Assembly: GCA_030390025.1 (NCBI GenBank)
Contig: CM059433.1
Coordinates: 31,126,001 to 31,190,000, forward strand
Direction of reading: 5' to 3'
Origin: Squalus acanthias
Taxonomy: Eukaryota
Length of the DNA stretch: 64,000 bases
Part shown: positions 35,483-48,415 of the stretch, one piece after another
Layout of the letters: every line of letters begins with the position of its first letter
How positions within the stretch are numbered: the first letter of the stretch is position 1
Notes under the pieces: generated by a model
What the model was told of the DNA's origin: nothing
Databases searched by the model: none
What the model saw: only the letters and a program-made list of their open reading frames with translations
Program-made: the position numbers and the translations under genes

Positions 35483-37305
35483 GTCATAGAACTGTTACAA
35501 CACAGTAGGAGGCCATTCGGCCTGTCGAGCCCGTGCCGGCTCTCTGCAAGAGCACTTCAGCTTGTCCCACTCACCTGCCCTTTCCCCGTAGCCCTGCACA
35601 TTTTTTTCCTTCAGGTACTGATCTAATTCCCTTTTGAAAGTCACGATTGAATCTGCCTCCACCACCCTTTCAGGCAGTGCATTCCAGATCATAACCACTC
35701 GCTGCATAAAAAAGTTTTTCCTCATGCCCCTTTGGCTCTTCTGCCAATCAACTAAAATCTGTGTCCTCTGGTTCTCGACCCTTCTGCCAATGGGAACAGC
35801 TTCTCTCTATCTACTCTGTCTAGACCCCTCATGATTTTGAACACCTCTATCAAATCTCCTCTTAGCCTTCTCTGCTCGAAGGAGAACAACCCCAGTTTCT
35901 CCAGTCTATCCATGTAACTGAGGTCCCTCATCCTGGTACCATTCTTGTAAATCTTTTCTGCAGCCTCTCTAAGGCCTTCACATCCTTCCTTAAGTGCGGT
36001 GCCCAGAATTGGACACAGTACTCCAGTTGAGGTCGAACCAGTGTTTTATAAAGGTTCATCATAGCTTCCTTGCTTTTGTATTCTATGCCTCTATTTATGA
36101 AGCCCAGGATCCCGTATGCTTTTTTAACCGCTTTCTCAACCTGCCCTGTCACCTTCAACGATTTGTGCACATATACCCCCCAGGTCTCTCTGTTCATGCA
36201 CCACTTTTAGAATTGTACCTTTTAGTCTATATTGCCTCTTCTCATTCTTCCTACCAAAATGTATCACTTTGCACTTTTCTGCATTAAGCATCATCTGCAA
36301 CGTGTCCATCCATTCCACCAGCCTGTCTATGTCCTCTTGATGTCTATCCCTATCCTCCTCACTGTTCACCATACTTCCAAGTTTTGTGTCATCCGCAAAT
36401 TTTGAAATTGTGCCCTGTACACCTAAGTCCAAATCATTAATATATATCAAGAAAAGCAGTGGTCCTAGAACTGACCCCTGGGGAACACCACTGTATACCT
36501 TCCTCCAGTCCGAAAAACAACCGTTCACCACTACTCTCTGTTTCCTGTCACTTAGCCAATTTCGTATCCATGCTGCCACTGTCCCTTTTATTCCATAGGC
36601 TTCAACTTTGCTGACAAGCCTACTATGTGGCACTTTATCAACGCCTTTTGGAAATCCATGTACACTACATCAACCACATTGCCCTCATCACCCCTCTCTG
36701 TTATCTTATCAAAAAATTTAATTAAGTTAGTTAAGCACGATTTTCCTTTAGCAAATTAAGGTTTCCCTTAATAAATACACACTTGTCCAAGTAACTGTTT
36801 ATTTTGTCCCGGATTATCGTTTCTAAAAGCTTCCCCACCACCGAGGTTAAGCTGACTGTCCTGTAGCTGCTGGGTTTATCCTTACACCCTTTTTTGAACA
36901 AGGGTGTAACATTTGCAATTTTCCAATCCTCTGGCACTACCCCCGTATCCAAGGAGGATTGGAAGATTATGGCCAGTACCTCCGCAATTTCCACCTTAAC
37001 TTCCCTCAGCATCCTAGGATGTATCCCATCTGGTCCTGGTGACTTAACTACTTTAAGTACAGCCAACTTTTCTAGTACCTCCTCTTTATCCATTTTTATC
37101 CCCTCCAATATCTCAACTACCTCCTCTTTCACTATGACTTTGGCAGCATCTTCTTCCTTGGCAAAGACAGATGCAAAGTACTCATTTAGTACCTCTGCCT
37201 CCATGCGTAGGTCTCCTCTTTGGTCCCTAATAGGCCCCACCCCTCCTCTTACTACCTGTTTACTATTTATATGCCTATAGAAGACTTTTAGATTCCCTTT
37301 TATTT
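35483..37305 (-). mobile_element. CR1 LINE, 5'-truncated RT
   Basis: [52 protein letters not shown]. Confidence 0.95.
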
Positions 37306-37349
37306 AGGCATGGGACTACAGGTTGTAACTAGAGTTAGAATTATTTAAA

Positions 37350-37655
37350 ATTCCTTCTTGGGATGTGGGGGTTGCTAGGAAGGCCAGCATTTATTGCTCA
37401 TCCCTCACTGCCCTTGAGAAGGTGGTAGTGGGCCACATTTTTGAACCGCTGCAGTCGGTGTGGTGAAGGTACTCCCACAGTGCTGTTAGGTAGGCAGTTC
37501 CTGGATTTTGACCCAGCCACAATGAAGGAATGGTGATATATTTCCAAGTCAGGATGGTGTGTGACTTGGAGGGGAACTTGCAGGTGATGGTGTTCCAATG
37601 CATCTGCTGCCCTTGTCCTTCTAGAGGTCGCGGGTTTAGGAAGTGTTGTGGAAAA
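37350..37655 (-). mobile_element. 3' end of the 2150-5155 LINE family
   Basis: QVPLQVTHHPDLEIYH.SFI.AGSKS matches ORF 4750-5109. Confidence 0.85.
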
Positions 37656-38334
37656 TATTTTCAGTTTGGATCATGATGGATCCTTAGTTCAGTCCATAGC
37701 AATGACATGCCAAGGAAGGTTTTGATATAAGAATGAATAATGTAGGCTGTAAGGTTTGATAGATATCCTGGAGTTTTGCTCAAACTCTCTGTAAGAGAAA
37801 GGGGGCGGCGGAAACTTTGCAGAACCTTCCCTTAGGAAACTAAGTGGGTTGGAATAGAGTCCCTGAGTGTATATTGTCTGTGGAAGGATTGAGGTGGTTG
37901 TTCTCTTTACATTCTCCATGCTTCCTTTACAATCTTATAAAAATAACATCATGACAGTATCCTATTGGGCAATAATTTAATATTCCTTCAGAGCAGATGT
38001 GTTTTCTTCTGTTACTATTTCATTATTGTAGGAAGCTAGATGCGCTGGACACGACACATGTTCTAAACATAAAATATGAATGAAGTAAACATCAAAATGA
38101 AATCTAATCACATACTAAGCAGTGGCACTGTCATAAGTTAGGAGGTAAATAATATATAATTTTACCCTCTGGAATGTTGGTCATGTTTTCTTTGAACTTT
38201 TCCCTTGTAATTTTTGTGTTCGTAAAGGAACTGAATCTTTGTACTGGCGCATGGAACAATTTCCACTTTGTGCATCAAAGGCCAATCTAAAATGCTCACT
38301 GTTCAATTACGGCATTGATAGATTTGCAGTAAAG

Positions 38335-38680
38335 TCCCTCCAGTGCAGTGCTGAGGGAGTGCTGCACTGTTGGAGGTGCCGTCTTTCAGATGAGACGTTA
38401 AACCGAGGCCCCGTCTGCCCACTCAGTTGGACGTAAAAGATCCCATGGCACTATTTCAAAGAGCAGGTGAGTTTTCCCTGGTGTCTTGGCCAATATTTAC
38501 CCTTCAACCAACATCACTAAAATAGATTATCTGGTCATTATGTCATTGCTGTTTGTGGGACCTCACGCTCCCTACATTACCACAGTGACTACACTTCAAA
38601 AGTACTTCATTGACTGTAAAGCACTTTAGGGACGACCTGAGGTTGTGAAAGGCACTTTATAAATGCAAGTTCTTTCTTTT
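38335..38680 (+). mobile_element. 5'-truncated DeuSINE
   Basis: Deu core and AAATGCAAGTTCTTTCTTT tail. Confidence 0.8.
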
Positions 38681-38799
38681 CACTCTGACCTTTAAGTGGC
38701 TCAGACACCAAACTCAGGAGAGCACAGTTTATTGCACCCATGCAACATTTTTCTGTGAATCACACCAGTCATCCCATGGCCTCTCTGAGTGAGATTAAT

Positions 38800-39520
38800 G
38801 GCCCATAATTTGCTTGGAAAATAACAGCTAGTTTAATGGTGCTCGCTGTTATTAATGTGTAAATAACCCAGCAATTTGTGGTGAGGAAGAGATACCCCAT
38901 GATTTGCAAATCACTAGAAGTTGCTGGACGATTTGCGTCGCTCTGCCATTAACCTGTGGAAAATGGCAGCTCGCCCTCAACCTCCCCATGAGTGTCAAGA
39001 AATTGCTGCATTTGCACAGTAAATACGAATTAAACTCACCACAGAAAGCTATGGCTGATATTTAATAGCATAAGGACCCATTTAATTTATGTTTTTGCAA
39101 TGCAACTCAACCTCTCTGGCCCAAAAAGGGAACAATTGAAATTGTGGAGCCTCATTCCTGCAGGTAGTAAATTGTTGTTAGAGATTTTCTTACATTTTTT
39201 TTCTGTCTCTTTTTTCTCTTTCTTAATCCAATCTTTCTTTCCCTCTCTTGATTTCTCTTTCTGTACCTGATTTAACTCTAATTCACCCGATTCACTTTTC
39301 TGTGATCCTTTCTCAATCCTTAAATCTCATTGGTTAAGGAGATATACAGTTGGTCCCAACGTTCACTAAGGTCCCAGATGCCCCGTTGCCCTCACCGTGC
39401 TGTTATCAGCTTGCGCTTCCAGTAGTTTGCGGTGCAAAAAATTTCGAGCCAAAAGCTGAGGGAAAAAGTCTAACTAACGAGGCCTGCCATGAGATGCCAT
39501 GCTCCAGCAAAATCTAAGCC
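38800..39520. mobile_element. Non-autonomous TIR element (pyrimidine-rich core family)
   Basis: GGCCCATAATTTGC / GCAAAATCTAAGCC, TSD AAT; inverted relative at ~62900-63620. Confidence 0.75.
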
Positions 39521-39741
39521 AATAATTCAATGTAATTAGTAGTGAATTTTGTGCTTGGCCCTATCCCCACTAAGGACTGGATTGAGAATGACCAAACACA
39601 TTTTTCGTAGCTCTTTTACACAGGACAGACAAAGGAAACTCAAGCTGTCAGTTTGGTACGGATTTGAAACTAGGCCCCAGGTGTGAAGTGATGGACTCCT
39701 ATGTCCATGGCAGGAGTTGGCACTGGGCAATAAAACACTTT

Positions 39742-40634
39742 GGGGTAGAAATTAGGTCGCGCCCCATTTGGGGCGCAAATATCGTCCGGACGCAAATATT
39801 AGCGCCTGGCGCTAATTATCGGCACTGACGGGAAACTTCACTTTTACCGCCCCGGGAGGTGAGTGGAGCGCTAAAGCAGGCGCTGCACACCTCTCTTAAG
39901 GCGCAAAGGCCGAGCAGTGAGGCGCTAACTCGGAGCGCTGGCGAAGCTCATGTAATGTCAGTCAGCAATGGAACACACACACAATGGCACGGGCCAGTTC
40001 TTAATGGGGATGGTTAATCTTGCTTTCCATCCACATCCTGTTCATTGCTGCCTTGAATCTCGGCCTGGAGAGACTTGCACATCAAATGTGCTGGAAAGAA
40101 CAATGGAGAGCACCAGGCAAAGAGCTCAGTGTGCAGCTCCCACGGTCTCTGCTAAATCGATACAAGGAATGGCAATTCAAAATGAACCTGCAAAGTGCTG
40201 CTCAGTACCCAAAACTCCTTCACACAACGTTGAATCTCTCCAGAAGTCTCTCCCTCTCTCTCTCAGAATGCGTAGTTCAAAAATGCCACCAACAATAAAA
40301 GACAGGAAGAGGCCCCCTTTAAATAGCGCCCCCCCCAGCCCCACAGCGATTGATAGCGTTCCAGTCTTCTGGTCGTTGGAAGCGCCAGGCGGTAAGGCAG
40401 GGGGCGCCACTCAATTTCCGCTACGGGGCGCCCCAAGGGCGTTGCACCATGGAAACACGTCACAATCTGCGCGCGCAGGTGGTCGCAGCGGTAAGTTTTA
40501 GCGCCGCCGCACAATCTCAAGTTAAGTTCTCGAGCGGCGCAAACATCGCTGCGCCCGGGCGTTAGCGGCTTTGCGCCCCATTAGCGCCCACTTAAGGCGC
40601 TAACGGGTGGCGCAACCAAGTGAATTTTTACCCC
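39742..40634. mobile_element. Internal-deletion derivative of the Harbinger 1 family
   Basis: GGGGTAGAAATT / AATTTTTACCCC, TSD TTT; left ~390 bp match 17019-17407 and right ~500 bp match 20641-21134. Confidence 0.9.
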
Positions 40635-41189
40635 TTTCACATTCCAGGTAGCCAGTGTCAACATCAAGCACTCCTATCTCGGTTACAACCATGCCAGCAG
40701 CAACATAAAAAACCCTCTTTTTAATTTATCATAATCTACGTTAGAAACAGAATAAATCTTGACTTTGTGCGATTGCGAAAAAACGGGTGATGGCGAGTCG
40801 GCAGCCCATTTTACATCTCTCCCAATTTTTACTCCCGTTGACTTCAATCGGGGAAAAGACATAGGCTGGAATTTTCCAGGGGTCAGCGGGCGGGATCGGT
40901 GGTGGGTCGGGTGGGAAATTTGATTTTTTTGACAGCGGGTCAGGAACCCACTGCAATGCACCTTTCCCAATGGCACGTCTGTGATCTCAGATCGGACCCG
41001 ACCCACAGAGACGGGTGACCCAATTAAAGCAATTATTGGCTTGTTGACAGACCCTTAATAATGGTTTTAACCTTTCCTTTTAACTTTAACTGCTCGCCCA
41101 TGCGGTCCACGCTCCTCGTGGACAACATCAGTGAACCTGAAGCAGGAGTTGAATGGCCATTGAATCAGCTGATTAGTTGACAGCTTGAA

Positions 41190-42330
41190 ATAACAACATA
41201 AGAAATAGGAGCAGGAGTATGCCATTCGGCCCTTCGAGCCTGCTCCGCCATTCAATGAGATCATGGCTGATCATCTGCCTCAACTCCATTCACCGGCCCT
41301 ATCGCCATATCCCTTGATGCCTTTACTAGTCAGAAATCTATCGACTTCTGTTTTGAATATACCCAATGACTGAGTCTCCACAGCCCTCTGGGGTAGAGAA
41401 TTCCAAAGATTTGCCACCCTCTGTGTGAAGAAATTTCTTCTCATCTCAGTCCTGAATGGCCTACCCTTTATCCTGAGGCTGTGGCCCCTGGTTCTAGACT
41501 CCCCAGCCAAGCGAAACATTCTCCCAGCATCTACTCTATCAAGCCCTGTAATAATTTTGTATGCTTCAATGAGATCCCCTCTCATTCTTCTGAATTCAAG
41601 AGAATACAGGCCTAGTTTACTCAATCTCTTCTCATACGACAGTCCCGCCATCCCAGGAATCAATCTCGTGAACCTTCATTGCACTCCCTCTATGGCAAGT
41701 ATATCCTTCCTTAGGTAAGGAGACCAAAATTGTACACAGTACTCCAGGTGTGGTCTCACCAAGGCCCTATATAATTGGATGATGTGGAGATGCCAGTGTT
41801 GGACTGGGGTGGACAAATGTGAGAAGTCGCACAACACCAGGTTATAGTCCAACAGCTTTATTTGAAATCACAAACTTTCGGAGCGACGAAGGAGCAGCGC
41901 TCCGAAAGCTTGTGATTTCAAATAAAGCTGTTGGACTATAACCTGGTGTTGTGCGACTTCTCACATCTATATAATTGGAGTAAGACTTCTTTACTCCTGT
42001 ACTTAAATCCTCTTGTAATGAAGGCCAGCATACCATTTGCCTACCTAATGGCTCGCTGCACCTGCACATTCACTTTCAGTCACTCATGTACAAGGACATC
42101 CAGGTCCCTTTGAGCATCTGCATTCCCCAATCTTTCACCATTTAGGAAATACTCTGCCTTTCTGTTTTTTCTACCGAAGTGGATAACTGCACATTTATCC
42201 ACATTATATTCCATCTGCCATGTTCTTGCCCACTCATTGAGCCTGTCGAGATCCCCTTGAAGCCTCTTCACATCCTCTTCACAACTGACACTGCCATCTA
42301 GCTTTGTATCATCAGCAAATTTGGAAATGT
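41190..42330 (-). mobile_element. CR1 3' fragment inside Harbinger 2
   Basis: ORFs 41280-41663 and 42080-42271 are CR1 RT C-terminal sequence. Confidence 0.9.
41780..41966 (-). mobile_element. Penelope-like hairpin micro-insertion with 13-bp TSD
   Basis: Arms 41817-41885 and 41898-41966, ~37-bp tail; TSD CTATATAATTGGA at 41767-41779 and 41967-41979; same family as 2680-2900. Confidence 0.85.
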
Positions 42331-42537
42331 ACTATAAAAGCTCCCACCTCACAGCTGTTCACTTTCCAAGCACAGAAGCTGTTGCTTACTACACTTGGAA
42401 GACAGATTGAGCTTTATGCAGGCTGCAAGTGTTTGGAGCAAATTCTCCATCCAGTGTCACCTCATTGGAACAACCTCTCTCACCATTGACAGATTGCTTC
42501 TGTCATCTCAACTTCACCTGCCATCTATTACATCAGC

Positions 42538-43780
42538 ATGGGTACCGTTATACTGTTTCACATTGGTCCTCAGACTCTGCCCACAATGAGCCCCAACATC
42601 AGCAGCACCAGGCATACCAGCAGCACCAACAACACCAGAAACCTTCTCCTCAACGTCTTGATGCTGCACAGGGCAGAGGGCAACAGCGCAGGGCTGCACC
42701 GTGCCAGAGGCGATACCCCCAACATAGGGTATACAGGCAGAGTATGAGCTTCCTCAACATGACTGAACAGCAGTGCCAAAGGAGGCTCAGGCTATCGTGC
42801 CAGGTCATCGCAGACATTTGCACATTGCTGGAGCAAGCCCTGCAGCCCAGAGCAGCGGGTGGACACGCCTTACTAGTAGCTTTCAAAGTCACCACCGCCC
42901 TCAACTTCGTCGCTTCAGGCTCCTTCCAGGGATCTGCAGTAGACATTTGCGGCATCTCGCAGTCGGCCACCCGCAGATGCATCACACAAGTCACTGATGC
43001 CCTGTTTGACAAGTCAGCCAATTATATCAACTTTGCCACTGATGAAGCCACTGTTACTTAGTGGGCACTCGGCTTTGCTACTCTGGCTGGCTTCCCACAG
43101 GTACAGGGCGTCATCGACTGCACACATGTAGCCATCAGGACACCCCATCATCACTCAAGAGTGTTTTTCAACCGCAAGAGCCTCCACTCCCTCAGTGTGC
43201 AGCTCATTTGCAACCATAAGAAGATCATCATGCGTGTGTTTGCCAAGTTCCCTGGTAGCTGTCTTGACTCTTTCGTCCTGAGCCAGTCCACCCTCCCTCA
43301 GCTCTTCACACCTCCAAATAGACTTACCGGCTGGCTGCTTGGAGACAAGGGCTATCCACTGAAGACGTGGGTCATGACACCCTTGAGGAGGCCAAGTAAT
43401 GAGGCTGAGGAAAATTATAATGAAAGCCACATCTCCACCAGATGTGTCATAGAGCAGACAATAGGCATGCTCAAAATGCGCTTCAGATGCCTTGACAGAT
43501 CTGGAGGAGCCCTTCAGTACGCACCAGCTAGGGTTCCAGAATCATCATGGTCTGCTGCGCCATGCACAACATAATGGAGCAACGGGGATTAGCGCTGCAT
43601 GAGGAACAAGGCGCAGACTGCACAGCCTCTTCAGAGAAGGAGGAGCAGGAGGAGGAAGAGGAGCATCAGGTGGAAGAGGAGGATGAGGAAGAGCTGGAGG
43701 AGCCGCAGTACAGATGCCACCAGTACGCGAGCACATTGCTGCCCGTGAGGCCAGGGATGGCCTCATCATGGCCAGATTTA
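42538..43780 (+). pseudogene. Harbinger DDE transposase, disrupted
   Basis: [75 protein letters not shown]; stop at ~43060 and frameshifts. Confidence 0.9.
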
Positions 43781-44073
43781 CTTAACTTTACACAGCACAG
43801 CCATGTGGCTGCCACATGCGTCGCCAGGTTGGCTACATCCCACATCCATACCATAAAACATCCCTACAATGACCAGTCCATTCTTTTCACAGTAACCACC
43901 ATTGCTGGAGCTTAAGGTTGCCATGACCGTTCACCCTGCCACTTCCAATTGTGCACGCAATTTTGTCACGGACCGCAAAGTTTTGCAAATTGATGATTAT
44001 ATACAAAACATTATTTCAACAGAAACTTAACAATAACATTCAAGAAAACATCCAAGTGAGTACCATTGTGGCT

Positions 44074-45874
44074 CTACTTGTGTGACTTCTTTCGCTTCTG
44101 TGTGCTTCTACGTGGTGGTACCCCTGTGGCTTCAGCAGAGGTAGAGGCAGCCTCCTCACTTCCCTGCTGCGCCTGCTTAGACGCCTTTGGCGGTCGTCCT
44201 CTGGGTTTTGGAGCCTGTGAGGGCCCCGCCAAAGTCTGCTCCTCCTGCAATTGTGAAGGGGCAGACTCGACCATTGCATCTGGGGCTCTGACCGAGGGAT
44301 TGGCAAGGGGGGAGAAGAGTGAGCATTTGGAGAGGAGCCCCCACTTCCATATCCCCTCCCACCATCAGCCCTCTTATGGGCCACCCACACATCCCTGCTA
44401 GCAAGGAGCTGGAGGGCACCTTGCTGCACATCCAAGTGACATCCCTCTGGCTTCTATCCTCCAAAGATGCCTCTCTATTTTGCATAGAGACCATGTGCTC
44501 GTGCGACTGGCGCATTAGGTCTCCATGCTGGTGGCCATCCTATCCATGGAGGAACCTACAGCCGCGATTGCTTGCCCCACGGTGATGCTCATGTTGTAGA
44601 TGGACTCCTCGATTCTCTGAACACTCGCAGTCACCGCAATCACAAAACCTGTCAGAGCCTCCTGCACTTGTTCCTGCAGCTCCAGGATCGCCCTCTTTCT
44701 GGATAATCCCCAAGGCTCAACGTCTGCATGCAGCTGAGCAGAGCTGGGAGATGCTGTGCCCTCCGACGAGGAGTCTCCACTGCTGTCCCTGTCTCCACCA
44801 TCTGCTCTTGCTCACATGTGCTGTGTGAGACACCAGGTGACAACACTACTCTATGTCATGATGGCCCCACCGAGGTGTGCATCTCTGCACTGCTGCTGGG
44901 TGGCCTTGTCTCAGGTGACGCTGCGCCCTCAAAGCATGAAGCCTCCTCTGAGGAGTCATCTTCCTCTTCCTCCTAGACAGTGGGGGGGCTCTTGATGGAC
45001 CTGTGGGAGAGTAAAGAGATCAGTTCGATATATCATATGCAGATTGCATACAGATACCATTATGCTCATGATGAGCATTCAATGTTTCCTGACATCAGCC
45101 CCTATATGAGTGACTGATGAATGCCATGTAGCTGTATGGAAACTGATTCTGTCACCAGGTTGTTGTGATGAGCCCCTCTCTCCATCCACCACTGCTGGCT
45201 GGTCGCCCGTTCCAGAGACCTCCAGGGCAACCTCCTCCGCACTGGTGAGGGTCGTGAGGGATGGAGGGCCTCCTGCCATTCCCTGCCTCTCCCTCGTGTT
45301 GTGGAGTCTCTTTTCCTGCAAGGAGGGAAAGAGAAGGTTGAGTTAGAGTGACGGAATGAGTGTAAGGAATGGAAGGGTTACATGTGTAGAGGGTGACTAT
45401 GATAGAGTGGGGTGACAATACCAAGTGGCCTCCTTGTCTGTTGTTAGTTGGTATGATTGCACTAGGATGAGGGTGAGAGTGAGGGGTAGTTAGTAAGATG
45501 GGGATGTGATAATGTGGAGGTGCAAGGGATGTTGGTATGAGTAAGGATGTGCACGGGTAGGGTTGGGAAGGCAGAATGATGGGGATGTGATGATAGGTAC
45601 AGCAGGATGAAGGTGAGTGTGGCTTTGGACTCACCTTTCCTGATCTCACAAGATCATTGAAGCGCTTGCAGCAGTGCACCCAAGTCCTCATCACCACAGC
45701 CCTGCTGGTCACCTCCTGCGCTATCTGGAGCCAGGCTCTCTTGGTCTCTTGGGGAGGTCTCTTCCGCCCACTGGCAGGGAAGAGGACTTCCCTTCGTGCT
45801 CAGACTCCCTCCACAAGCACATGGAGGGAGTCATCGGAGAATCTTGGAGCAGCCCACTGCCTCTGGGAACTCAT
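44074..45874 (-). pseudogene. Harbinger Myb/SANT protein gene with introns, disrupted
   Basis: MSSQRQWAAPRFSDDSLHVLVEGV*ARREVLFP...RTWVHCCKRFNDL; donor AAAG|gtgagt at 45635; basic C-terminus PRRSTQKRKKSHK. Confidence 0.8.
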
Positions 45875-47377
45875 CTGTGTTTATTCTCAATACACCGAAG
45901 GGAGAAAGATAGCGTCCACAATCCTAGATGAACCTTTAAATGCAATGTGGCCATGGCTCCTTTAAATATACCGGCACCAAACGTGTCACCAGACTCGCTC
46001 CATTTCATTGGCCCGGGTAACGCGCTGGGTGGGCTTAACAAGCCCCATTACCGGAAATTCATTTTTAGCAGCGGGATGCAGGTAGCAGCGGGCTCACAGC
46101 TTGCCACGGACCCTGACGGCATCAGACCCGCCCAGGTAGGGAAAATCGTGGCCGTAAAACGGGCTGTCGTATCGCTATTGCCCGTTTTACACTCTCGCAG
46201 AAAGTCAAGATCTACCTCAACCTCGCCACCGCCGCAGTGTAACATTTGTGTTTTCCACACCCAACTATCCTCGTCACCTCTTTGAGTGATTTGGTCAATT
46301 TAAAGCCGAATTAAGAGTTGCTTTTTATGCTGTGGGTTTGTGCCCAGCGCAATCTTGCTTAAGATCTTTGAAACTCAAAGCTGGAGGTGTCTTTCAGATT
46401 ATCAGTCTGGATTCAAAACCAGGTCAAGAGGTGAAAGGATGGTGTGCTATCTTCCTACATCACCCAATCACCTACATGCCATCATTGTGTAGAAAAAAAG
46501 CTTTGATGGAATATTAGACCTATTTGTGGTAATCGATATATTTTTCTATAACGGAATTTATCTGCGGATGTGAAATTCTTAATATGAAATATTCCACCAT
46601 GGTGTGGGATAAAACAACTGACGTGAGAGGAGCTTTCCTTTTCCACACTCCAATTATCTATGTTTCCAACTATTTACAAGACAAAACCCTGTGTAAGATG
46701 TAGCCTCATTAACTGGTTGTAGTTGTTTTTGATTGTTTTTGTACTTGCCTAATTTTGGGGACGCTCTATTATCTGTCAATTTTTATTATCCGGCAAAGGT
46801 GGTGGGGGGGGGGGGGGGGGGTGCGGAGGGGTTGTGTTGGAGGGCGGGGGGGCTCTACTTCATTCTTGGAGATAATGGAGATTTCGCTGTAGTGAGCCAT
46901 TGAAGAGCCTCATAGAAACCTCTGTGCCATTTGTGGATTGTAAGTGAACAATGCTACTAATCCAATTAAAAAGACAAAGCGACAGCAGATAAAAGAATTT
47001 CAAGAGTTCTCCAGCTCATTAAAGTTTGTCAAGGTAGGCAGGGGGAGGCTTGATTTGCAGTAAGTACAAACTAACAGTAGAAGTTGTCATTGGCAAGGTT
47101 TGAAGACCACCTTGAAACACACATCTTCAGTCTGTACTGACAATTCTTCTGCTAGTTTCATGTAATGTTTTCTTCATTTTAATGTTTTAAAATTCAAATC
47201 TTGCAGAATGCGTACAACATGTATAGACAGTGTGTAAATATGTTGTTCTTTGATAAGCTGGGTCTCTGATACATGTGGAAACCCATCACCAAGTGCAAGA
47301 GTCTCCAACCTGCAGGATACACGCTTGCCCAATACGAAATGCTCAAATTCTCCCCATAAGCTCAGAACTTAGGTTAA

Positions 47378-48415
47378 AAAAGAAAGAAAGAACTTGCATT
47401 TATACAACACCTTTTACAATCTTTTACAACGTCCCAAAGCGCTTTGCAGCCAATGAAGTACTTTTTAAAGTCTAGGCACTGTTGTAATGTAGGAAACACG
47501 GCAAGCACACACAAACAGCAGTGTGATAATGACCAGATTGTGAGGTAGAGTTTCCGCTTTGGGCGCAATCGGCAATCTGGGCGCAAATGCCGCTCAAAAA
47601 CTGTGCTAGTTTGCTGAATTGGATTTTTTGCTTAGGTTTCTGCTCAAACTCATTTCCATATCTCCGAAAGTAAAACCTTCTATAAAGCAGTGCAAGCCTT
47701 TTAGAATGTAGTTTAAAAAAAAATGCATTAAAATATTCCTCGATATATTTAAGAGTGGTAACCTGGTGCAGTTTGATTAATACAGCTGAAAATGGGTTTA
47801 TCAAAAAAATAAGCATGTTTTTATCGAGTGTCTAGTCCACCACCTGTGCGTAACCCCATTTTAAATAACTGAAAATAACTTTAAAAAACTATACAGAAGC
47901 ATTTACTAGTTTCATTGGTGTACAGTAGTCAGTTTCTTAGCAAATTAAATATTTTTTTAATATTTTAAAGCTTTTAAAAGATGCCTATTAATGCCTTGCA
48001 CCTAAAAAAACGCTAAATTTTAAGAGCCTCCTGGCAGGCCCACAAATGGGTGCAATTAGCTGAAACTTGCCATCGTGATTAATTCACACTGGGGTTGTGG
48101 CCAGTTTTGTGGGCGGGGCCGGCTTCCAGCTCCATGTTTCTTAAACCAGTGCAAAAGATCGCGGAAACACGATTTTTTTTATTCGCTTATGGGATCTGGG
48201 TGTCGCTGGCAAAGCCAGCATTTATTGCCCATCCCTAGTTGCCCTTGAGGGATGGGCAATAAATGCTGGCCTTGCCAGCGACGCCCAGATCCCATAAGCG
48301 AATAAAAAACAAAATCGTGTTTCCGATTTTTGTGCTGAACTCTACCCCAATCTGGGTTTTTTTAATTGGTGTTTGAGGAATAAATATTGGTCAGAACTCC
48401 CCTGCTCTTCCTCGA
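47378..48415 (-). mobile_element. DeuSINE fragment split by a TIR element
   Basis: AAAGAAAGAACTTGCATTTAT tail; the SINE body resumes at 48349 (AATCTG...ATAAATATTGG). Confidence 0.7.
47542..48348. mobile_element. Non-autonomous TIR element (1-675 family) containing a fold-back palindrome
   Basis: GAGGTAGAGTT / AACTCTACCCC termini; body collinear with 1-610. Confidence 0.75.

Larger units (their letters stand above)
40864..46153. mobile_element. Full-length (decayed) Harbinger/PIF transposon 2 carrying a CR1 insertion
   Basis: Imperfect TIR GGCTGGAATTTTCC / GGAAAATCGTGGCC; flanks ATA/GTA (compatible with CpG decay); convergent transposase and Myb genes. Confidence 0.8.
40749..46218. mobile_element. 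Short palindromic MITE (10501-10674 type) split into 40749-40863 and 46154-46218 by Harbinger 2
   Basis: ATCTTGACTTT / AAAGTCAAGAT termini, TSD AAC; the halves join into a hairpin like 10501-10674. Confidence 0.7.

Noticed and set aside
46800..46850. Poly-G tracts (also 24158-24183) as functional G-quadruplexes
   Set aside because: Simple homopolymer runs with no supporting context; the lengths may be unreliable.
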